Below are positions 33,721-39,649 of a stretch of DNA of 39,649 nucleotides, in pieces. The DNA is from a virus. Lineage: Duplodnaviria > Caudoviricetes. How positions within the stretch are numbered: the stretch's first letter is position 1; each line of letters opens with the position of its first letter. The notes beneath the pieces were generated by a model. That model did not search any database, was not told the DNA's origin, and worked only from the letters and a program-made list of their open reading frames with translations. The stretch spans positions 1 to 39,649 of the IMG/VR virus record IMGVR_UViG_3300038797_000106; one strand, given 5' to 3'. Both the position numbers and the translations under genes were made by a program.

Positions 33721-34590
33721 CTACTGAAATATTGATGCTTTGGGTTGAACAGCGCGATTTTGAATTTCATCGTTTGACCAGACTAGGCTACATTGAACCA
33801 GTTTGCTACGCCAAGGCTTAAGCTGATCGTCAAGAGATCCGTCATGATCATCAACAAACCCCAAAGCCGAGAGCGGAATCAGACAAGCTGAATACTCCGC
33901 AGTAAACATAGCTGTATACCAAATTAGCAAGCGTTCACTTTCCGAAAACTGAACTCGCAGCGTTCCCAAAGAAAATCGCTTAAAACTCTCGCTTGAGTTT
34001 TCTTTCAGGATAAATTCGAGAACTAGAAAAACCGACTCAACATACAGCCCCACCGACGGCCAGGAACCTTTTCGCCAAGTCCTGAATTTCCCTTCTAGCG
34101 ACTGAAAAACACCCATGTCGGTATCCTGAGTTTCAGCGCAAATCCGAACTCTTCTTGCAAGCTGATCCCTCAAAATTATTGCTGAATGATGGAGTGCCTG
34201 ATGGCCGTGAGCATACTCGTCAGGCCTAGAGAGATGACCAGTGTATCGAGCCGTCAGAACTTTCGAACTCAATGCGTTTTCGTTCATTAGGCTTATCAAC
34301 TGAAAAAGGCGCTGCTCTCTAAGCTGTTCGTCATGCCTGCGTTCACTATCTTCATTCGCCGTGAACTGAGCACGCAACGTCACTAGAAGGGCAATAAAAG
34401 CCAGGAACGAAAAAATAGGGTTTAGCACACCTCCAAAATAATCACCAAATTGCCCCCATTTTTCCTGGTCAGCCAAAACATGCGTAGAAAAGACCGAAAT
34501 ATACCTTCCCGCCACAGCCAATACGATCAGAAGAGCAAATAGAGCCGCCGCTATTAATATTTGATTTTTTGCTTTCACGTTCAGACCCAA
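33721..34590 (-). CDS. Putative phage abortive-infection membrane protein (putAbiC-like)
   Basis: Two TM segments with WGQFGDYFGGVLNPIFSFLAF, C-terminal LRVQFSESERLLIWY. AT-rich, start codon uncertain. Confidence 0.75.
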   Translation of the reverse strand: MGLNVKAKNQILIAAALFALLIVLAVAGRYISVFSTHVLADQEKWGQFGDYFGGVLNPIFSFLAFIALLVTLRAQFTANEDSERRHDEQLREQRLFQLISLMNENALSSKVLTARYTGHLSRPDEYAHGHQALHHSAIILRDQLARRVRICAETQDTDMGVFQSLEGKFRTWRKGSWPSVGLYVESVFLVLEFILKENSSESFKRFSLGTLRVQFSESERLLIWYTAMFTAEYSACLIPLSALGFVDDHDGSLDDQLKPWRSKLVQCSLVWSNDEIQNRAVQPKASIFQ

Positions 34591-34673
34591 ACTTCACAAT
34601 CCACAAAATTTACCTTACCTCCTGACTAAGCGCTACCTAAGCGAGTACGGCGCCTGCAAGCAAGGAACACAAC

Positions 34674-35597
34674 GTGACCACAGCAATCGACCTGTTCGCC
34701 GGCCTCGGCGGATGGAGCACCGGCGCGCGCGCCGCAGGCGTCCGGGTTCTCTGGGCGGCAAACCATTGGCCGGTGGCCGTTGAATGGCACAGCGCCAACC
34801 ACCCAGACACGCAGCACGTCTGCCAGGACTTGCACCAGGCCCGCTGGGAGCATGTGCCGGCGCACGACATCCTGCTGGCCTCACCCTGCTGTCAGGGCCA
34901 CGCCAAGGCCCGCGGCAAGAAGTCGGGGAACCCCGAGCATGATGCCTCGCGCTCGACGGCCTGGGCACCGGTATCGGCCCTGGAGTTCCACCGGCCGTAT
35001 GCGGCAGTGATCGAGAACGTCCCGGAGTTCACCGACTGGGTGCTCTACCCGGCATGGCTGCAGGCTATTCAGGCTCTGGGGTATCAGGCGGCGCCGCACA
35101 TCGTGGACTGCGCGGACCTCGGCGTGCCGCAGCACCGGGTGCGCCTGTTCATGGTGCTGACGCGCAGCAAGGCCCCTCTGATGCTGCAGCTGCCGCAAGA
35201 GCGGCATGTGCCGGCCGCCAGCTTCCTCGACTTTGACGCCGGGCGCTGGTCGCAGATCGAGAAGCCAGGCCGGGCCCAGGCCACGCTAGAAAGGGTACGC
35301 AACGGCCGCCAGCGCTTCGGCGACCGCTTCATCATGCCCTACTACGGCAAAGGCTCCGGCACCACCGGCCGCGACATCAACCGGCCGATCGGCACCATCA
35401 CCACCCTCGATCGCTGGGCCCTGGTCGAAGGCGGCCGCATGCGGATGCTCAGCGCCAGCGAGGCCCTGGCCGCGATGTCGTTTCCGGCTGACACTCTGCG
35501 CCCAGACAATCACCGGTTGACAATGCACATGGCGGGCAATGCGGTACCGCCGCTGGCAGGCCAGCGGGTGATCGAGGCGCTTCTACAGGCGGCTTAA
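34674..35597 (+). CDS. DNA cytosine-5 methyltransferase (orphan)
   Basis: DLFAGLGG (I), SPCCQG (IV), ENV (VI), QHRVR (VIII), GNAVPP (X). Confidence 0.93.
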   Translation: MTTAIDLFAGLGGWSTGARAAGVRVLWAANHWPVAVEWHSANHPDTQHVCQDLHQARWEHVPAHDILLASPCCQGHAKARGKKSGNPEHDASRSTAWAPVSALEFHRPYAAVIENVPEFTDWVLYPAWLQAIQALGYQAAPHIVDCADLGVPQHRVRLFMVLTRSKAPLMLQLPQERHVPAASFLDFDAGRWSQIEKPGRAQATLERVRNGRQRFGDRFIMPYYGKGSGTTGRDINRPIGTITTLDRWALVEGGRMRMLSASEALAAMSFPADTLRPDNHRLTMHMAGNAVPPLAGQRVIEALLQAA

Positions 35598-35833
35598 ACA
35601 CATCGCGCAACGCCAAGTACAAGTCAATGACCAAGCCAGCTACCTGAAGTAGCTCTTTCACAAAGCCTAAAACAGTAGTCAGATTTTCCATCTCTAAAAG
35701 CTCCTCTACAGCCCAGAAAACCCGTTTCTCTGGTTATACGGAGCCAATTAATTTAGAGAACATTTGTACTCCAGCCAGCTGTAACCCCTCTCCCCTCTAT
35801 TCACTGCCGCGATATGGCGGCCAAGGCGAAGCT

Positions 35834-36493
35834 ATGTCACAAGCAAAGGAACGCCCGATCCTGTTCAGCGGGCCAATGGTGCGCGCCATCCTGGACGGCC
35901 GGAAGACTGTCACCCGCCGCCCTATCAAGCCGAGCATTCGGGGATTTGATGTCTCGTTCGAACTCCACCAGCAGGATGACGGCTCTTGGCGACCGCTGCA
36001 CACGTTCGACGAGAGCTGTATGGACGACCAAGGCACCGAGCACCCGGTCGTTTGCCCTTATGGCAAGCCAGGTGACCGCCTGTGGGTGCGCGAGACCTGG
36101 TACTGCGATCATTTCGAAGTGATGCGCGGCCCCTATCTCAAGCCGGCTGATTTGGACGTTACTGAGGCTCGCGGCGACGGAACGCTGGTCTACGCCGCTG
36201 ATGGGCTAACACCGTACGAAGCCGATCAGCCCGCTTGGAAACCCAGCATCCATATGCCCCGCTGGGCCAGCCGCATCCTACTGGAAGTCACCGACGTGCG
36301 CGTCGAGCAGCTGCAGGCCATTTCCATCGGCCAGATCTGTATGGAGGGCCTGGCGCGCTCGATTTACGAGTTCATCCCTGTGACGACGGCCTTTGACGCT
36401 TTCGCCGAGGTGTGGGACTCGATCAACGGGCCTGGAGCATGGGAGGCCAATCCATGGGTCTGGGCTGTCGAGTTTAAGCAGGTGCAGTCATGA
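35834..36493 (+). CDS. ASCH/PUA-like phage protein
   Basis: ERPILFSGPMVRAILDGRKTVTRR, GDRLWVRE, WKPSIHMPRWASR, NPWVW. Confidence 0.75.
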   Translation: MSQAKERPILFSGPMVRAILDGRKTVTRRPIKPSIRGFDVSFELHQQDDGSWRPLHTFDESCMDDQGTEHPVVCPYGKPGDRLWVRETWYCDHFEVMRGPYLKPADLDVTEARGDGTLVYAADGLTPYEADQPAWKPSIHMPRWASRILLEVTDVRVEQLQAISIGQICMEGLARSIYEFIPVTTAFDAFAEVWDSINGPGAWEANPWVWAVEFKQVQS

Positions 36494-36744
36494 CCCGCCT
36501 CGCCTTCTGCCTCCTGCTGCTGGCCACCGGCGCCAGCGCAAACGACAAAACCATCGACATCGAACACGACAGTAAGCGCGGCGTCACCTGCTACATCCTC
36601 AACGAGTCGGCGATCAGCTGCATCCCCGACAGCCAGCTGCAGGCCGGCAACCAGCGCCAGCTCTCCCCGCACGAACAGCAGGACAACGGACCTACACCCG
36701 CACTGGCGCCTGGGCGCTGGATTGATGAGAGGTATGAGCTGTGA
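36490..36744 (+). CDS. Hypothetical exported protein
   Basis: Signal peptide (LAFCLLLLATGASA), HDSKRGVTCY...ISCIP. Confidence 0.65.
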   Translation: MTRLAFCLLLLATGASANDKTIDIEHDSKRGVTCYILNESAISCIPDSQLQAGNQRQLSPHEQQDNGPTPALAPGRWIDERYEL

Positions 36745-36983
36745 GCGCAGTTACTGAGCAAGACGTTGAGTTCGCGCAGGCCGTAGTTGCCCTAGCGCGC
36801 CAGCACGGCATGACAGGGATCACCATGGAGTTCAGACAGAACTTCGACTTGTCCCAAGTGACGGGCTGCCATTGCGGGAAGCGGATCACATGGTCGGAAG
36901 GCCGACACGGCGACGGCGCGCAGATCGAGTTTCGCACCGAAGCTAAGGCATCGTTCCCCGAGCGCCCCGAGGTGAAGCCATGA
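36741..36983 (+). CDS. Hypothetical protein
   Basis: GTGA and ATGA overlaps on both sides. Confidence 0.6.
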   Translation: MSAVTEQDVEFAQAVVALARQHGMTGITMEFRQNFDLSQVTGCHCGKRITWSEGRHGDGAQIEFRTEAKASFPERPEVKP

Positions 36984-37360
36984 CCGAACTGATCGAAGTG
37001 AGGGTATCCAACCTGCTCGGCGCTCCGCTGGACTGGGCTGTGGCCATGGCAACTGACGCAGGCGAGATCGCAATCGGTGAGCATGGCGTCATCTGCATCT
37101 ATGACACGCCCGAAGGCGGCTGCTGGACGAATCTCTATCAGCCGTCGAAGGACTGGAGCCAGGGCGGCTTGTTGATCGATGAGCACAGCGGAACATCGCA
37201 GCACATCGACGGCCTTCCTGCTGACGTGTGCTATGCCGGCGGCCCGGCCGGCGCCGGCGTCTGGTGCTACGGCCCAACCGCTCTGATCGCATTCTGCCGC
37301 GGCCTTGTTAACCACAAGCTCGGCGATACCGTCCAGGTGCCAAAGGAGCTGATGCCATGA
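36980..37360 (+). CDS. DUF2591 / NinX-like protein
   Basis: L.G.PLDWAVA, YQPSKDWSQGG.LI, GPTALIA.CR. Confidence 0.78.
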   Translation: MTELIEVRVSNLLGAPLDWAVAMATDAGEIAIGEHGVICIYDTPEGGCWTNLYQPSKDWSQGGLLIDEHSGTSQHIDGLPADVCYAGGPAGAGVWCYGPTALIAFCRGLVNHKLGDTVQVPKELMP

Positions 37361-37542
37361 GCGTTTCTGAAGAGCACTTCCAGCGCGCTTGCGAGTTCGC
37401 AGATCAGCTGATCACGGAAAAGTCCGAATGGCTGCGCAGGGCCTTGAAGGCTGAGCGTGACCGAACCGTTTACCGAGCCCTGGCCATCGCCGGATGGTTT
37501 GGGTTGATCACGATCGCAATCACCTGGAGCATCCGGTCATGA
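37357..37542 (+). CDS. Small protein with C-terminal TM helix
   Basis: ATGA overlap, AAGGAG RBS. Confidence 0.55.
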   Translation: MSVSEEHFQRACEFADQLITEKSEWLRRALKAERDRTVYRALAIAGWFGLITIAITWSIRS

Positions 37543-37588
37543 TCCTGCCCCTGATGTACATGGCCTACCTGATCTACAGGGGGTCGCG

Positions 37589-37930
37589 ATGAGCACACCG
37601 CCACTTATCAGCAGCCAGCGATACTTGAACCGCGAGGTTATCGCCAGGAAGGTGGCCAAGTTCAAGGTGTTCATGGTTCGAACAGTCGATCTGGAGATGC
37701 GCGGGAAACTCTATCGCATCATCCTTGATGGCCATCACAACCTGGCAGCAGCCCGACTCATCGGCGCCGAGCCAACCTGGAAAGGACCTCCGCCGAAGCT
37801 CCAGCGCTTCATGAAGGGCATGACGACCGAAAGATTCGCCGCCTTCATGATCAACAACCTCACCGACAGCGACTGGTACTTCCACGACACCGGTCAGGTA
37901 GTCGAAGAGCTACTCGCACCGCAGCTGTAA
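37589..37930 (+). CDS. ParB/Srx-like small protein
   Basis: IILDGHHNLAAA motif. Confidence 0.65.
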   Translation: MSTPPLISSQRYLNREVIARKVAKFKVFMVRTVDLEMRGKLYRIILDGHHNLAAARLIGAEPTWKGPPPKLQRFMKGMTTERFAAFMINNLTDSDWYFHDTGQVVEELLAPQL

Positions 37931-37986
37931 CCCCTCCCCCTACCACTCAAGCCCGCCGACATGCGCGGGCATGGAGAGCTATTGCC

Positions 37987-38310
37987 ATGACGAAAGAAGA
38001 ACTGGCCGGCCTGCCGGCGAAGGTGCGCATTGCCATAGAAGCTGGAAAGGCCGCAGCGGCTGCCTGCACCGATGACGGCGGCAGCGCAAACCTGGATCGG
38101 GTTGTTATTCCGGTACCGGGCCTGCGCCCTAACCAGTTGCCCGGCCTGCCGGGCTATATGCAGAAGAAAAGCCGCTACCACCAGCAGGGCATCCATCTGG
38201 ACACGCCTTGGCCGGGACAGGGCAATCAGCACAGTGCCGGTGTACAAGCCATGCACAAGTCGCTCAAGGACCAAGGCGTCGACTGCTACGTCTACTACCA
38301 GGTCGACTGA
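37987..38310 (+). CDS. Hypothetical protein
   Basis: GGAGAG RBS, DDGGSANLD motif. Confidence 0.65.
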   Translation: MTKEELAGLPAKVRIAIEAGKAAAAACTDDGGSANLDRVVIPVPGLRPNQLPGLPGYMQKKSRYHQQGIHLDTPWPGQGNQHSAGVQAMHKSLKDQGVDCYVYYQVD

Positions 38311-38349
38311 CCACCAACCTGCCGCCACCGGCGGCGTGGAGACCATCCC

Positions 38350-38595
38350 ATGGAAACCGAAATCCTTTCGGACGAAGAGCTGGTGGCGATCACCGGCTAC
38401 AAACCCCGGGCGTGGCAGCGCCGTTGGCTCACAGAAAAAGGTTGGCACTTTGTCGAGAGCCGCGGCGGCAGGCCACTGGTAGGTCGCCAATACGCCCGCC
38501 AGAAGCTCAGCGGCGTAGTGATCGACACCGTGCCAGTCGCTGCAGCCCCGCCCCCGGCGCCAGCCTGGACCCCTGATTTCTCCCGAGTAAAGTGA
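38350..38595 (+). CDS. Putative excisionase (DUF4224-like)
   Basis: LSDEELVAITGYK....QRRWL...GRPLV, directly upstream of the integrase. Confidence 0.8.
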   Translation: METEILSDEELVAITGYKPRAWQRRWLTEKGWHFVESRGGRPLVGRQYARQKLSGVVIDTVPVAAAPPPAPAWTPDFSRVK

Positions 38596-38596
38596 A

Positions 38597-39649
38597 ATGC
38601 GACCCAGAAGTACCGAGAACCGCGACCTGCCGCCGGGCATGTACCGGCGAAAGCGCACCAGGAAGAACGGAAAAGTGTGGGTTGGGTACTACTACCGCGA
38701 CCAGGCCGGCAAGGAAATCCCTCTCGGTACCGACCTGGTGCAGGCCAAGCTGAAGTGGGCCGACTTCGAAGCCAAGGCCACCCCGGCCGAGCTGACGACG
38801 ATGAAGGGGATCTTCGACGAATACCTGCTGAAGATAATTCCGGGCAAGGCCGCTAGGACCCAAAAGGACAACATCTACGAGCTCAAGCAGCTGCGAGCCG
38901 TGTTCGACTCGGCGCCGATCGACGCCATCACGCCAGCGATGATCGCCCAGTACCGCGACTCGCGGACGGCGAAGACCAGGGCGAACAGGGAAATCGCCCT
39001 GCTCTCCCACGTATTCAACACGGCCAGGGAATGGGGGCTCACCACCCGGGACAACCCGTGCCTGGGCGTCAGGAAGAACAAGGAGAAACCGCGCGACTTC
39101 TACGCCAACGAAACGGTGTGGCAGGCGGTGTATGAAGAGGCTCCACCGGAGCTGAAGGATGCGATGGACCTGGCGTACCTGACTGGCCAGCGGCCGTCGG
39201 ACGTGCTGTCCATGCGAAAGGACGATATGGAGGGGATCTACCTGCTGGTCAGCCAAGGCAAAACCGGCAAGCGACTGAGGATCGTCTTGGAGGCGGACGG
39301 GGTGAAGAACAGCTTGGGCCAGTTGCTCGAGCGAATCATGCACAGGACCAGCGAGCACCTGTCGCCGTTCTTCATCGTCAATGAGCACGGCAAGCGCATG
39401 AGCTGGCCGATGCTGCGCAACCGATGGGCAGATGCCCGAGAGGCTGCCAGGGTCAAGGCCGAGATCGAGAAGAGGCCGGACCTAGCCAATCGAATCGCCC
39501 AGTTCCAGTTCCGCGACATTCGACCGAAGGCGGCGTCGGAGATCAACGACCTGAGCGAAGCCAGCGTCCTGCTGGGGCACTCGAAAGAGGGGATCACCGA
39601 ACGCGTGTACCGCCGCGTCGGCGCCATTGCCAAGCCCTCGAAAGGCTGA
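38597..39649 (+). CDS. int: Phage integrase (tyrosine recombinase)
   Basis: TGQRPSD, QGKTG, FRDIRPKAAS, LLGHS, TERVY. Ends with TGA at the window edge. Confidence 0.95.
   Translation: MRPRSTENRDLPPGMYRRKRTRKNGKVWVGYYYRDQAGKEIPLGTDLVQAKLKWADFEAKATPAELTTMKGIFDEYLLKIIPGKAARTQKDNIYELKQLRAVFDSAPIDAITPAMIAQYRDSRTAKTRANREIALLSHVFNTAREWGLTTRDNPCLGVRKNKEKPRDFYANETVWQAVYEEAPPELKDAMDLAYLTGQRPSDVLSMRKDDMEGIYLLVSQGKTGKRLRIVLEADGVKNSLGQLLERIMHRTSEHLSPFFIVNEHGKRMSWPMLRNRWADAREAARVKAEIEKRPDLANRIAQFQFRDIRPKAASEINDLSEASVLLGHSKEGITERVYRRVGAIAKPSKG

Larger units (their letters stand above)
1..39649. mobile_element. Lambdoid siphovirus-type prophage, apparently intact (Pseudomonas-like)
   Basis: Complete ordered modules: integrase/excisionase, early genes, cI/cro, replication, Q, holins, terminase, portal, protease, HK97 capsid, tail, lysis. 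No obvious broken core gene. Confidence 0.97.

Noticed and set aside
39600-39649. attL/attR core repeats
   Set aside because: The window stops at the terminal stop codons, and no repeat shared by both ends was visible.

Overview
The window is an essentially complete lambdoid (HK97/D3-like, long non-contractile tail) temperate prophage. The host is most likely a Pseudomonas, inferred from the gene families and LexA box style. It runs from a stop codon at base 1 to the integrase stop codon at base 39649, so the att sites lie outside the window. On the minus strand, from right to left, are cro, replication genes (O-like, DnaC-like), nin-type genes including a second full-length tyrosine recombinase, a Q-like regulator, holins, HNH, cos, terminase, portal, ClpP protease, capsid, tail genes (with a lambda-type -1 frameshift), a beta-helix tailspike, endolysin, nested spanins, and a LexA-boxed two-gene operon. 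On the plus strand are cI and the pL-type early operon (TerB-like, LuxR-HTH, DUF2303, C5 methyltransferase, ASCH-like, ParB-like, excisionase, integrase). The most interesting accessory elements are: an AT-rich, oppositely oriented putAbiC-like + HEPN-like pair (candidate anti-phage defence); a C4-like structured ncRNA with an upstream complementary target; the second recombinase embedded in the lytic operon; several LexA boxes; a moron between the tail chaperone and tape measure genes; and an antisense small gene behind the methyltransferase. All family calls come from motif recognition by eye, not from database searches.
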